A stretch of DNA of 64,000 nucleotides from a virus. Its lineage: Duplodnaviria > Caudoviricetes. This document shows positions 13,401 to 27,889 of the stretch, piece after piece. Made by a program: the position numbers and the translations under genes. The notes beneath the pieces were generated by a model. The model was not told the origin of the DNA and did not search any database. It worked only from the letters and a program-made list of their open reading frames with translations. The stretch spans positions 64,001-128,000 of IMG/VR virus record IMGVR_UViG_3300021387_001709; one strand, 5' to 3'. The stretch's first letter is position 1. Each line of letters opens with the position of its first letter.

Positions 13401-16400
13401 CTTCGCCAGCTCCAAATTGATGGGCGGCCTTGGCTAAATCAGTAAAGTTCATTACCAGACCTTGGGTACCGTCTTCATAAGTTTCAAGAGTAGCCATACC
13501 GGCACTCTGTAAATCCATCATGAATTTATGTACGCCCTGGATATCATCGGTCATATATTTAGAGAATTTATCATAGTTCTGTTTGAATCGCGTCGGGTCG
13601 GATAAGCCCCATTCGTCAAAATAAGCGGCACGAGTTTTGTAATCGTCCGTGCCAATCAGACCTTTATCCCACATTTCTTTTGCTTCTTTGAGATAATTCA
13701 TTGCCTTGTCATAATTTGCACCTTGATTCACGGTTTGATCCGCAAGTGCAATTTGACCATGCTGTGAGAACTGCTCCATAAGCTACTGGTATGCGGCAAA
13801 TACTTGCGATTGTTGTTGCTGAAGATCTGCAAGGTCTTGTTTCAGCTTGTTAATACCAGCAGTATTTATATCACCGCTTGCATTTTCCATGCGATTAAGT
13901 GCTTCGGTAGTTTGATTGATTTTTGTTGTTAAATCATTGTTAGATAATTCATACTCTTGTTGCGCGAGACGCTGTAACTCAACAACATTAGCTTTAACAC
14001 CGTCAGTTGTATTATAGAATACACTGGATAAATCAGCAGAAGAGCCTAAATCACTGAATGCGGTAGATATTGCTTTGATTGTATCCGGAGTTATACCGGT
14101 GGGAGTAGCCATTTCTGAGAATGCGGACTGGATAGCAGAAGAGAGGTCTTGCGCTTGAGTAAGTAATAAATTACGAGCCTGATCATCATAACCATATGCG
14201 TCAGCAAGTGCTTGCACCATGGATGATTCGTTTTGGCGGATTTGATTAAGTGTATCTTGGTATTCTTGTTTGTTATTTCTAAGCGCAGGAAGTTGATTCC
14301 TCAATTCTCTGTTTTGGTCTGATAAATTCTTTGCTTGCTGTCTGGATAAAGTCGCAAGATTTTTGTATTCTTTTTCGTTAGCTTTGATACCTTTCGCCTA
14401 GTTTACGGTAATTTCATCATTAATTGCAGAAGCTTGGTCTTGGATGTTTGTCATCTAATTTTGTAATACATTAAGATGAGATTCTGCTTCATTGTACATT
14501 GGGGAAGTGTATTTCTGGAGACCGGATATAACTTCTTCAGCATCTAAGGCTTCCTAGTACATGCTTGCTGACTACTCAAGATCATATATATCTGATTTTG
14601 GATTTCCATATCTTTGAGCAAGATCAAGGGCGTCAGACATAATAGATTCCTAAATTCCAATCTGTTCTTTTGCATTATTCGCCTATAACTTTGCAAGATT
14701 ATGAGAAATATATTCTCCTCTGTTTTCAATATCGGTGCGTTCTTTTTGTAACTAATCTCCGTTAGCTTTGGAAGTGGCATAATCCGTTTTTAGATTATTT
14801 AAATCTGTTTGCGCATTTTCTTTTCTGGTTTCTATCATTTCTGTTTCCGTGCTTGAAATATTTGCCAGAGCCTCTCTATAATCAGCTAATGCTTTATCAT
14901 ATGCTACCTAATCACGTCTATCAGCCGCTTTATTCATCCTTCCAAGTGCGGTATTAGCCTTATCGTGATATGCCTAAATATCTGATTCATATAATGGCAT
15001 GACACTATTATTAAGTTCTTCCTCAGTTAAACGTTCGCCTTTTGCTTGACGGTTCTCATTTCTTGCATTTATTAAGTTTCGCTTTTGTTCATTTTTCTCT
15101 AAAACGGCTTCGGCTTCACGGTCTTTAATAATCAAATCCCATTCAATCTTTTTATGATTATACTCAGCTAAAATTTGCTATAATGTTGATTCTGCCGTAA
15201 TCGTACCATCAAGCGTCAATTCCCAAAGAACATTATAATTAAGTTCTTCGCCGTTCTATGAGAGAGCAGTTAATACATCATTATATTTCTATTCATTAAG
15301 ATGAGAACCTGTCTAATCTGTATATGAAAACGTTTCTTTTAAACTGTTTTTTGCTGTTTCGGCAGAAACAGAAAGGTTGTCATAAGATTCAATTAAATTA
15401 TCAATATATGCCTGTGATGCTCTTGCAGCTTCCGGTGTGAGAGGCCCTTTATCAGCCTATACTTTTTTAAACTCTTTGATATATTCCGATAACTATTTAA
15501 CCGCAGCGTTATTAATGCCTTCAAATGAAAAATCATCCATACTTGGCATAGCATCTTGCAAATTTTTCATTTCTTCTGCTGTAAGTTTACCGTTTTCACG
15601 GTAAGACTCTAGTGCATTATTCAGTGATGATAAATTAGATTCATACTGTGATGCACTTTTTGAAAAATCTTCGTCATTGAGAATATCCGCAAGAGTACCA
15701 GTTCCAGCTTCTTCTTTAATCTAGGATAACTGGTTCAAATATTCTCTGAGGGATTCAATTGTATTGCCAACAAAATTAAAGTTTTGATTGTTCATCGCTG
15801 TCTGGGCAATTCTTTGTTCTTTTTGCGTTAAACTCTGTATATCATCCCAAGATATCTTGCTTTTGCCTTGTTTATAGACATTTTTACCATTAGCATCTTG
15901 AGTTACCTCGCCGCCAAGTCTTTCGAATATAGCAGCCCGAGTGTCAGTAGCATTCCAATGAGTATTACCATTTTCATCTTCGTCTTCGTACTTATATCCA
16001 AGAGATACAAGAATCCATTGTTTTATTTTATAATCTTCTGTACCTTCTCCACCCGGAAAAATTTCATTAAGAGTTTCATTTATCTATTGTCGCATTTCCT
16101 CATTTGTAGCGTTGTCAAAATCAAAATCAAATATTTTTTGCATATCTATAGTGTCAACGTCACCGTTTTGCAAAGATCTTTCTATTGGGGCTATAATTCT
16201 ATTTTTTAATTTTTCATCAAAATTATCTCCGCCACCTAACTAGTCAAATAATGCGTCATAATTAAAATCTATACTATTTAACATAGTTTCGATTCCAGAT
16301 TGTATTTGCTCTGGCATACGTAAATAAGCTGGATCCGTCTCTAACATATCCATAAAATTAGGTAAAAATTTTGAAATCCAATTACTCTATTTACTCTTAT

Positions 16401-19400
16401 TTAACGCATCTACTGTACTCTAAGTAGCGTTTATTCTATCAGCTAAATCATTCTAAAAAGCAGTATAAACATCTTGTACCTTAGAAATATTATCTTTATT
16501 TACCTCAATCACGCCGGTGACATCATATATTTTTGAATATTCCAGACCGGCTTCTTCCATCATAGAAATAAAGGCATTTTCCGCATCTTCTTGCCCTTTA
16601 AAATTAAAAATATTTCCTTCTCTCTGTCTCCCGGTTTCTATCGGCTACTAAGCCTAAGTTAAAAGCCGCTTATATGTATCTATAGCATTCTATTGTTCTT
16701 GTATTTCCTCGTCTAAAGTTTTATTGGTTTCTTCTATATTCCCAATAATATCCGGCATTCTTTCTTTTAATGCGTTTGCGTTCATTCTGTTTTGTGCTTC
16801 AATTAAAGCGTTTAAACTATCCGTAGCTTGCTAAGCATTCTTACCTAAATCAACTAACGATTGCCCACTATCCGTTACACCGGTTTTTAAGGACGGAAAT
16901 GTATCGGCAAGCTATTGATTAATGGCTAAAAATTCCTCATAGTCATCAGTGGAAAGAGAAAGATTTTTAATTTGATTCCCATTCATATAAACTCCACTAC
17001 GGAGCTCATTATATCTATCTTTTGCTTTCGTACCAACTTTATTAATATTGTCTGTTTGTTCCCTTATCTCTCTAGACTCAGTAAGAGCCTCTTCTCCCTT
17101 TTTAATTTTATTTTCTCTTTCGTGAATTTTATTATCAATTATATTAAATAAGCCAGAAACAACCCCAGTAACAAGCATAGACAACCCAGCTGTGGCGGCA
17201 AAAGATGCAATGCTTGTAACGGCATTCCCTAAAAACCCTCCAACACCACCGAGAAGTGTAGTACTTTTTCCTATTTTTGATATCATTTCCGTAACACTGG
17301 CAGTTTCTACGTTTAATCCTCTCATATTAGTAAGTAAATCGCGGACGTCTTCTGTAGCATTTTTTAATGATCCACCTAGCGGAGAAACCGTATCCCAACC
17401 AATCGCGTCCTTAAATAAAACGTCCTAAGAACCCGTTGGGATTAGCGTTTGTAAATACTTTATAGCATCTTTTCCTCTTTGAGAATTGGCCGTAAAAATA
17501 CTTCTAAAAGCCGTGGCAATACTCCCAGACGCATCGTAACCATTAGTGAATTTTGTCATCTAATCTTTTATAATTCTTCCAAATTCCCAGTCTCCCATAC
17601 CGTTTTTACGGAACAATCCGTTTCCGGTAAACTGAAGGAATCCACCGATTCCGGCTCCGAGAATTCCGCTAAGTCCGCCGAATGCGTCTACTAATTGCGT
17701 AACCACTTCAACTGCGGAAGTGCCGAGATCAATGATATCTTTAAGCCATTCGCTGTCAATTGTTACTGTTGCTAATTGTTGTAATCTATTTTGAAGCTAT
17801 GCCATTTTCCCTTCTACAGAATCTAACTATGCATTAAGTTCGTTTTGTGCCGACCCTTGTGAGTTCATTAGGGAGTCTTGATAGACGCTCTTTAAGAGTT
17901 CAGGGTTACTGAGCAGCGAGGATGCTGCAGCCGCCCTTGTTTTCGGAATATTGCACAAATTACGCAACAATTTGTGATTATATTTTGGTTAATTTATACA
18001 GTCAAAATATAACTCTTACACTTTCGCGTAAGTCTAGACCATTTTTTAACCCACGACTTAACGTTTGGGTCACACCTTTTCGAACACCATTTGCGATTGT
18101 GTTCTACTCCTAAAGATTCAGATATTCAGGATTTCCACCTTTATTTTATAACTAATATGTATAATAGCATTAGTATTTCTGAATCCCAACACGGGGATGG
18201 TCGTTGAACCTTTACCCTCGACTTAACTGTTTGTATGGTGTACAAATAACGTTAGGGTACTTGGATGCGAATTAGCCACGTATCTTTAAATTATTATCCT
18301 CTCATAATCTGATTTCTCAATTATTGTAGTATAAAGCTTTAGGCATTCAACGCATTTAAATGTGTTCTATAAATATGTTTCCATATTTTCAGGCAAAATT
18401 TACCTCAATTATGTTAAACATGGTTCACAACACCATGTGATTCGTAATAAACGAATCTCTTACACTTTCATGCAAGTTCTGACCATTTCTTCACCCTCAG
18501 CATCATCTGTTAGGGGCATACCTTTTTGGTGTACCATAAGTTTGTACCCTACGATTATTCATAATCTGGTCGATGAACGTTCACCAATGTATAATACAAA
18601 ATATACATACAGGTGCTTCGATGCAAGAACAGCCAATCTTTATGTTATAAAACCATCATAATATATTTTCATTATTATTGTGGTATAAAGCTCTAAGGCA
18701 TTACCTGCAATTAGATATGTTCTTTATATATATTTCTATATATTGTGGCAAGCCGTTTGCCACCGTTTCAAGTAATAGCGACTATCTATTGGTGCCCAGT
18801 TTCTTATCTTCCTCGCCGATTTCCTTAAATACTTCGGCGATACCGAGCATACGCTCATAAGTTGTTTTGTAAGTACCGTCATCATTAAGTATATCAAAAC
18901 CTTTATATCCGTTTGATTGCACTTTTGTCGCGTCAAGAATCGTCTGTCGCAGCTTCGATTGTGTAGTAATTAAACCATCGATTTCTTCGCCGGCTTCTTG
19001 CATATCCTCAACAGATGTTCCACTCAATCTCAGTGAGATTGTCTTAAGGGATTGACCAACCGTGAGAGGATCTTGAAGCACGGCGTTAGCAGCAGTAGTA
19101 AGAGCTACAGCTTCGTCAAATGAATCGCCTGTAACTTGTAATGTACCAGCAGATTTCTGAAGTGACTCAGCTAACTCTGACGTACTGATTGCGTAGTTAT
19201 TCAAGCTGTTACTTTCGGATAATTATTATCCTACTGACCATTTAATAAATGGCGCATAGTCGTTTCCGGCTATGTCTATGCCTTCATTTATTCGCATAGT
19301 TCAGACTGTATATTACATCCCTCACCAAATAGGAGAGTAGGATGGATAGCTTCAATACATATGTTACCATATATATCCCGCAGTCGTTACGGTACAACGA

Positions 19401-22400
19401 AATAGACATCGTCTTACCTCGGTATCACCCTCTGTGGGCTTCTACCGATATAGCTATCTATAGTTGTATTTACTACAACCTAACATATTACTATGTTATT
19501 AGGCAAAATCTACCTATATAATTTAACTTGTCGATGATTTCCGATTTGTCAAGATCTTTATACGCTTGGCTCATTGCAACAAGAGATTCTGTTGCCGCAT
19601 TAATATCCTAAAATTCAGATATGTTAAGCAAAATACTTGACTGCTCCGCACTTTTTTGTGCTTGTTCAAATGATTCACCAAGCCTTAACCAGTCAGCGGT
19701 ACTTTCTTGGATTTGCTTAGATGTTGTTCCGACACGATCGGCAGCCTCAAAACTTCCATGTTGCGCGAAATCTTTAAGAACACTAAGTGGTTCATCAGAC
19801 ACTTTTCGCATTTCCGTAAGAGCAGTATCAAGTTCTCTAACGATATTAACGCCTTGTTTAGCAATATTGATCACTTCATACAAATCTGCGTATGTAAGTA
19901 AATATCTCGCCATTCCCTTGAACGAACCTTTAAGGGTCTCTCCAAATGATTTACCGACATCGCCGGCTTCTGTCGCCTGGGTTTTTATCCGCTCGAATGC
20001 AGCAGCGATTTCGTTAAGATTACCGTCGGACACACCATTTATTGCGTCTTGAAGGTTTTGAATTTGTGGGAAGTATTCGGTAGCAGCAGAATTTTTGTAC
20101 ATCCATTCTTCCATACGACGTTTAAGTGTGGCGGCGTCTTTTTCATCGGCGAGAGAGTAGTACCCACCACCTGCGCGTTGAACAGCTTCATTCAATCTAC
20201 CTCTAAAAGATAATACCTAATCCTAAATTTGATTACGTCTATCAGGCGAAGCTTTTTCATATTCTTCAGATGTTTTAACCAAATTTTCAAATTCATCATT
20301 TAAATCTTGTAAAACCTTAACTCCATCTTCGTTCCAATTACCTTTGCCTAATTTTTGGAGTACTTCGCCCATTTCTTCGAGAGTATCAGTAAATGCGGAC
20401 GTAGATGCGTTGCTCATAGCACTATCGAATTGCTACATTAGCTATTTTAATGAGTCTGATGCCTCACCCTATGCCAAAGCAAAAAGACCGGTTTTTTTAA
20501 TCGCATCATCATAAAAGTTACTATATCTATTTAAAAAAGCCTACTCCGAGTAATCTAACATCTGACCATTCGACTACTTCTATTTTATTTGCGCATAGCG
20601 TTCCGCGTATTTAATAAGTGTTTGATATCCACGCTCAACATTTTCAAATTCATAATTCTCATTATCATTAAATGCAGACATTCCTGATTTTAAAACGTCC
20701 ACATCTTCCATTTTTTGTCTATAATCATCAAGTATTGAATCGGGAACTGTCCAAGTCCCACCTTGATTTAGTTTATTAAGCGTAGCATATGCGTCCTCCG
20801 CCCCCTAGCGAAGTTTTTCCATAGTATCTACGGCTCGTTGAAGTTGATTGGCGTTAATCTCTCCAAGGTTATATAAATCCTACGCATTGGACGCTCGCTC
20901 AGCAGCGTCATGGTATTTCTGTATCTTATCCATTTGTTTGCTTGTAAATTTAGCTTCTTGCTAAACGATAGCCTTGGTTAAATCCTCCTAGGATTTCTAA
21001 GACCCTTCCTTTGACACATTATATTTATCTAAAGCCGAAGACGCCTACTCCTCCGTGATTTTCGCCTCGTTTCTCATTTCAATTATCTTTTGTTTGGCCG
21101 TATCCGCGGCTTTTCCCGCATCCTCCAATACTTTAACAATAGCCCTTTCTTGATCACCGGAAACAGCTTGTCCTTTTGCCTAGTCTGTTAACATTTTATT
21201 AAACTAATTTCGGGCTTCAATCGCGTCTTCAATAATTTTTACTTGCTAATTATACTCCTTCATATTCTCATCGGCTTCTTTTTTATCTTGCGCGGCTTTT
21301 ATCGCATCTCTGGATTTTGCACTACCGCCACTTTCAGCTTTTTCTAAATCATTAATGGCTTTGTTATATTGATCTTCTGTAATATCGTCTTTAATTTGAC
21401 CAAGTTTTTCCCTAACGTTGACCGCTTTTTCAAGTGCCTATTCTAATCGCTACACAGCTTCAGCCCATTCATTTGTTTTTTTTATTTCAGGATCGGTCTC
21501 TGATTTTGCAATGAGTTTATTCATTTCTGTTTGTGCTTTAAACAACTCATCAATTATTTTCGTTTGTTCTTTATAAGTTGCGTCAACATCATCAGTTTTC
21601 GCCTTCTATTTAGCTCCTTCTAACTTCGCTTCAGAATCGGTAATCTTTTTTATTCCCGTGGCCATAACTTTATTAGCGTCAATATATTGCTACTCAGTTA
21701 TAGCTCCTTGTTTTCGAAGTTCATTCAAGGTTTTGTTTGATTGTATAAGATTGTCTGTAGCTTTTTTTTCTCGTTCTATCGCTAACGTCATCTAATCGTT
21801 GGAAACAAATTTGCCAGCTTCTTGATCAGCTTTAAGCTTATTAAGTTCCGATACGGCATCTCCGTATTCACGAATGGCTTGCATTGCTTCTTTATATTGG
21901 TTTTTAACATTTTGGTCAAATTCGTCTTGTTGCGCTTTGCCCTATGCCTCATAACGCTTACGCCCCATATTATATTCGGTGTTACGCGCTTTTTGGTATT
22001 GCTATTCTCCCATAGCAATTGCCATAGCATCTGATAATTGTTCTTTATATTCTGCATCTACGTCCTTAAAACGTTGCTGAATAGATCTTAACTTATTATT
22101 AAATTCTTCTAGGTCTTTAGATTTAAGATCGGAACCGATATTATCTTCAAGATTACGCAGTTCACTTTCTAATCCTAAAGTATCTGCATTAGACTTCTAC
22201 ATCTTACGCATAGTACTATGTATATCAGTAACTAATTTATCTTTGGCAGCTGTTATGCTATATGGGTTAAACTGAGTGTTTGCTTTCTAATCTTTTATAG
22301 ATTGTTGTGCTTTTCTTTTATATTCATTAATTGCGACGCCTAATTCTTCCTTAATAGTCTTAGGCATTTCTTTCCCAGCATATGCGTCAAAATAATCCGC

Positions 22401-25400
22401 AAATATTTTATCATACATTTCTTTAAGAGCTGTTTTATCCGAATCCGCCAAATCAACTCCCGCATTATCGACATATTTCGCCTTTATATTATTAAGGTTT
22501 CCTCTTTGTCTGGCTATAAGAGCGTCAGTATTTTCAATAGACTTATTTCGCTTTTCATTTTGTCTAAATTCTCTTTCTTCATCTTGTTGTTTAAATTTTG
22601 CATCAAGAATTTTTTTGCTCTCCATTACTCTTGATTCAAAATCATTGACCTAATCTGAACCAGGCAAATACCCCGCACTTTTATAGTACCCATACAATTC
22701 ATCATTCATTCTACTATAGACATCATAATATAACCCTAACTGAGTCTCTAATCCATCGGTATTTTTTCCTTGCTCTCTGGCGACTTTTATATCATGGTCT
22801 AGAGTAAAAACTTTATTCGCAATTTTTATTACTTGGTCTTCGAGTGTTTTATAATTTGTAGAAGTAGTAGTGGATTCAAATTCATTACCGTCTTCGTCGC
22901 GCATTATTCTGGTAGTTTCTTTTTCGCCATAGCCCAATCTTCTAGTATACGATGTCCTTTCGCCATCAACTTTTGTTTCTCCAGTATATACACCTTTTCG
23001 ATCATCAGAAGTATCACCTTGCTGAGTTACCTCAGATATAGCATCTGAATTTCTCTTAGCAGCTTTACCTTCATTATCAAGACCTTTTGTCGCTTTCTTT
23101 GTGGCATCGGCGGTTTCTTCGCCAGACTCGGCAACTTTTCGGTTAGCTTCTTCAAATTTCTTCTTTTTTATTTCAGAAACCTCGGCGGCTTCACCTTCGT
23201 TCGTTATCTCCCTGGTGGCGTCCCGAAGCGGTTTAGTTCCATCGGTTGTGTTTTTCGTAATTTTTGCCGAAGACTCAGATAATAATTCATTTAAATGTTG
23301 TTGATCATCAGCTGATTTTTTAATATAACTTAGAAAATCATCTTTGCTAGATGGGGGATTGGATAAATATTCGTAAAGCTATGACAATGCACCCTGTGTA
23401 TTAGTAGAAGTATCAAAGATATGTCCAAAAGACTCATTTATCTCTTCCAAAAATGATATTGCATCTGAACCTTTTTTAGTTGATAAAGTACCAATACCAA
23501 TAGTTCCAAGAATGTTGTTCCAGTTATCACCAAATTCTTCTCGGTCACCTTTAGAGATTCGTATTTTATTAGATGATACAAAACTTCTAATTTGTTTCCA
23601 TAATTTCATATCACCCTATGATTCAATTACTCCGCTATCCCTAGAAAGAATATCAAACAGATTATCATAAGTTGGTATTTCACCGTTCGCGGTTTCAACC
23701 AAAAGATTTCGAACTTCATTTTTTAATTGTCCAAATATTTTAGTGGACTTTACACCAAATTCATCACGAATGGCAGACGCTACCCTAGTCGTTTCTTTTT
23801 CTAAGTTTTGTTCATCAATTATAATATCGTCTATAGGCGACTCACTTGGCATACTTTTATCCCACATATTAGATATTTCATTAAAAGTATATCCGAGTTC
23901 TTTTGCTTTAGAATTAAATTGATCTATCGCATCTGTAAACGGAAGATCTTTTTCCGTAACCTCAAATTCCAAATCGTCTACTATAGACTACAAACTTTTT
24001 GGGGCCAACTTGGTCATATTTTCAAATTTCTAATGCGGCAAAATATCCTCGCCATTTTGTGAAATTTTCTTCCAGGCCCCAGATATTTCATCAAAAGCAT
24101 ATCCAACCGACTCAGCAAATTTTCTAACAGCCTCTTCACCTTTAATAGACTCCTTGGTTATTTGATCTAAGAAAGCACCATATCCGTCCGGAAGTTCATC
24201 CTCCGCCATTCCCATAGCATCTAAAATAGGCTTTGTTCCCTCTGTGAATTTCAATATTTCACCATTTACACGACCATTTCTTTCACGTTCTGTTACAAGT
24301 TCTTCCTATCTTTGAGCTATATGAGATTTAAACTCGTCCATTGCCGCATCATATTCTTTTTGCCCAGTAGCAACGTCGGCTATTAACTGATTTACAAAAT
24401 CTTGATTTGCATCGGAATATCCCTCTATGGAACGGATATCTTTTCCGAAAGTAAGACGTTTGTCGTCTGGGATGACACCTTGTGAAACTGGAGTTTCATT
24501 TTGCCGCATCTTTTTTTGATATTCTTGAAGAGAAAATTCAAAATGTTTATAATAATCATCTTTATTAAATGCATCGTCAAGATATGGTTTATGACCAATT
24601 ATGTCCTAAACAAAATTTTCATCTATATTTCCATCTTGCATATCTGCAATTATTTTAGAAATATCTCCATCTTTTAATTCTTTAAGTAAATCAACATATT
24701 TTTGAAAATTATCAATACTCCATTTATCGCTTAATGTTTTCTATAGTACTTCTAGTTCATTTTCTGGCAAATTTAATGAACTAAACATTTCGCGAATTTC
24801 ATTAGACGACTTTTCAAATGCATCGTTAATTGAATTTCCAGCGATATCAGCGTTCTATGGAATCTCAACACCAAAAATATCACAAATCTACTTTAATAAA
24901 CTTTCAAAGTTTTGACCTACCGTTACATTTAACAAATCACTCTAAATCTATTTTATTTTTTGCGCAGCGTCAATTGTCTTTGTAATCTATTCGCCAGCCT
25001 ATCCAGGTTTTAAAGATAATTTATTTACTGTGATAGTTTCTTGATTAACTCCTTCTCCAAGATTTATTAATTTATTTACCAAATCAACGGTATTTTGCGC
25101 ACCAGCATTAATCTAATCGAACTGTGTATTAAAAATTTTAGATAACGAATCGGACGGAGAAGAATTACTTGTAAATCTTAATGTAGCTATCTTTGTTAAT
25201 ATTCCATATAACTATTCATATCTCACAGTATTCTAATTAATATCGGTATCCGATGAAATCGGACTTCCATCGGAATCTCCAGCTTTATGGTTTTCATTAT
25301 CTATAGCATCGGCCGCCTCTTCAATCTTTTCCGCCGTTTCTTTCCCAGATTCAGCAACCTTTTCTTTATTAACTTTTGCGAATTCTTCTTTATATGGGAT

Positions 25401-27875
25401 TGCCTCTTTGGCGGACTCGCCCTCAGTTTTTATTGCGTTTGCGCCTTCCTAAAGAGAAGAGAAGTCAATAGAAGAGATAGTAGATTTGAACGTCGCAATA
25501 GATTTATTTAACTCATCAAAATTACTAGTAATGCTTTCCCAATTAATACTTGATAATATAGAATCATTACCACCTAAACTAAAAGCATTCTATATAGCCT
25601 CCCCCATTTTTTCGGCGTTCTCAGCAACTTTTTGCATTGTTTCATTAAGTTGCTCAAGAAATGATGGCGCTTTTGCGTCTTTCGGAAGAAGCCCCTTTGA
25701 CAATACACTATGCAAATTGCCTATTGCATCTGTAAATAATTGGATTTGTTGTGTGTATTCTTTTACGGAATCGGGTTGCCCAATTTCATCATCGGCTTTT
25801 ATTTTGGTCTGACTCAACGTTTCAAGTAGCTGGTCTTTTAACTTCTGTTTATCTTCAGGAGACTTTGTAATTTCGGCCTTTTCACGAATTCTTTTACTTA
25901 TATATTTGAAATCCGTTGCTGGAAAATTCAATTCCAACATTTGATCCCAAAATAAGTTTTCCCCTTTTCCGACACTTTCAGCGGTTCTCTATATAGAAGA
26001 GATGAATGCCATTATTTGTTTAATTTGGGTCTTTGAGTCAGGTAAAAGTTTAATTCTATCTGGATTAAACTATTCAACGAACTCCTAAACATTAGGGAAC
26101 GCTTCCAAAAACCCGGAACTTCTTGGTGACTATGCCATAATATTTGCTAAAAGCTATATGTCACTAACATCTCCACCAAGCATACCTTCATCTTTTAATG
26201 ATAATTTATATTTGTTTACGACGTCTAATATATTTTTATATGCCGCCTAATATCTTTCTGCCTAATTTAACCATTCTGTTTCTATATTTGCCTCAATTGC
26301 CGCGTCCGCTACATCGTCTTTAACATGCACATTAAACTATTGTTCTTTTCTTGATGTGGTTCTCGAAAAATCCCACATTTCTCTATTAAGTTGTAATAAA
26401 GATTTCTGATTATTTCTAGCTTTTTGGTTAGTGCCTTCTCCAAATCTACCTATGGCATCAGATACCTGATTAACCACGGACAACAAAGACTAAAACTAAC
26501 TAATTAACGGTTCTATTCCAGCGTCGGTATCTATTCGACCAAATGCAGAACTAATATTTGTTATTTCCGTATTTAAATTTTCTAGTATATTAATCAACTA
26601 TTGAATGTTTTCCGTATTCCAAGACGTGGAATCGCCACTCGTAGCATGAATTTCTGAAGACATCTTTTCTTTTTTTTTATTAATATTTTCTATATGTTCC
26701 TCGGTATCATTTAAAGCCTATTCTGTTTCATCTATATTTGGCACTTTTATTTTTGAAAAATCAAAATCATTAATAGCCTATTTAATATCATTAAGTGCAT
26801 TTTTAAGTTCATTTAATGCGTTTGTTGCGGAAGTTATCTGTCGCTCATCAATTTTAAATGTTAGTCCATTACCATCTTCTCCGAGAGCCTCCAAGGACTA
26901 CGAAACTTTATCTATAATATTTTGAAATTTCTAAAACGTTCCGTCATCTTGAAACGCTTTCTTAATTTTGCCAATAGAATCGGCTACGCCGGATTCGGTC
27001 TCACCCTCAACTCTATCAGCCATCTGTTTGGATGCCTCTAACTCCCTCTCAAGTTCTGCTCGCTGCTATTTTAATGATTTAACCTAGGCCTTATTTATTT
27101 CATCTGGATTTCTTCCAAGATTCTATAAATTTTTATTTCTAACGTCAACCAGTCTAGCCTATATGTCTTTATAGTTTTCAAAAATACCGGAATCTTTAAT
27201 TATTCTGTTATCTGGGTTTAAAGCAGTTCTTAATTTTTTAGTAATATCAAATATTATTTGAGAAAAATCTTTATCGTCAAACCCTATTAACTAACTCAAG
27301 TCTCCGCCTTGACCAAGATATTTAAATAAATTATCAATATAACCACGTAAATCACTTGCATTTTCCTTAGAAAATAACCCGTCCAATCGAACATTTGATG
27401 TAGCAAGCTATTTTATCTTTTTATACCCTTGACTATTAGAATCGAGTAAATCTCTTTGTATTTTTCTAAAATTATTTTTTGCCTAGTTAGCATTTTTAAT
27501 TTGTTGATTTATATTATCAATATCAAAACCGATTACTTCCTCTGGTCTAACAGTCGTTTTCCCAGCTATTTGATTAACGGTTTTCCCAACGTTTTCTAAA
27601 TTGCTCTATACTTCTCGAAGAGAATTACTAAGCTCATCCATCCCCGCAACGTTTAAACCAAATAAATCTTCACCGTTCTGTCCTTTATACATCTTTGTCA
27701 CATTTTTAATTGCGGATTCAATATCTTTAATTGAGTCTAATATTTTTGATATATCTATATCTGCATTAAATTTAATTGGTTTTTTAGCTCTTCTTTCCAA
27801 TTCATCTATTTTTTTAGTGCCACTATCATCAACTTCAACTTTCAACGGCACAATCACGGTTTCGGTTTCTTTCAT
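7420..27875 (-). CDS. Giant tail tape measure protein, join(19512..27875, 18759..19201, 18402..18405, 7420..17943), 6444 aa in code 15
   Basis: All same-frame track fragments end in TAG, and the frame changes only across three group I introns. Splicing restores the TMP core motifs DKLNYIG|NNYAIST and LLETVA-G-KTRAAAASSLL. ELDTALTEMRKV core and C-terminal YAKGT motif present. Gaps were spot-checked, not exhaustively translated. Confidence 0.85.
17944..18401 (-). mobile_element. Group I intron TMP-I3 (458 nt, no ORF)
   Basis: 5' site CAGGU|AAAUUUUGCCUG (P1 with U.G). P7 elements GTTCAACGACCAT and AAAATGGTCTAG. Ends in G before AAA ACA AGG. Confidence 0.85.
18406..18758 (-). mobile_element. Group I intron TMP-I2 (353 nt, no ORF)
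   Basis: P1 GUGGC|AAACGGCUUGCCAC. P7 elements GTTCATCGACCAG and GAAATGGTCAGA. Terminal G precedes the micro-exon AGGT. Confidence 0.8.
19202..19511 (-). mobile_element. Group I intron TMP-I1 (310 nt, no ORF)
   Basis: AUAGGU|AGAUUUUGCCUA P1. P7 elements GTAACGACTG and ATATACAGTCTGA. Terminal G, and removal restores LNYIGNNYAIS. Confidence 0.88.
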
Positions 27876-27889
27876 TATTACTCACCCCC

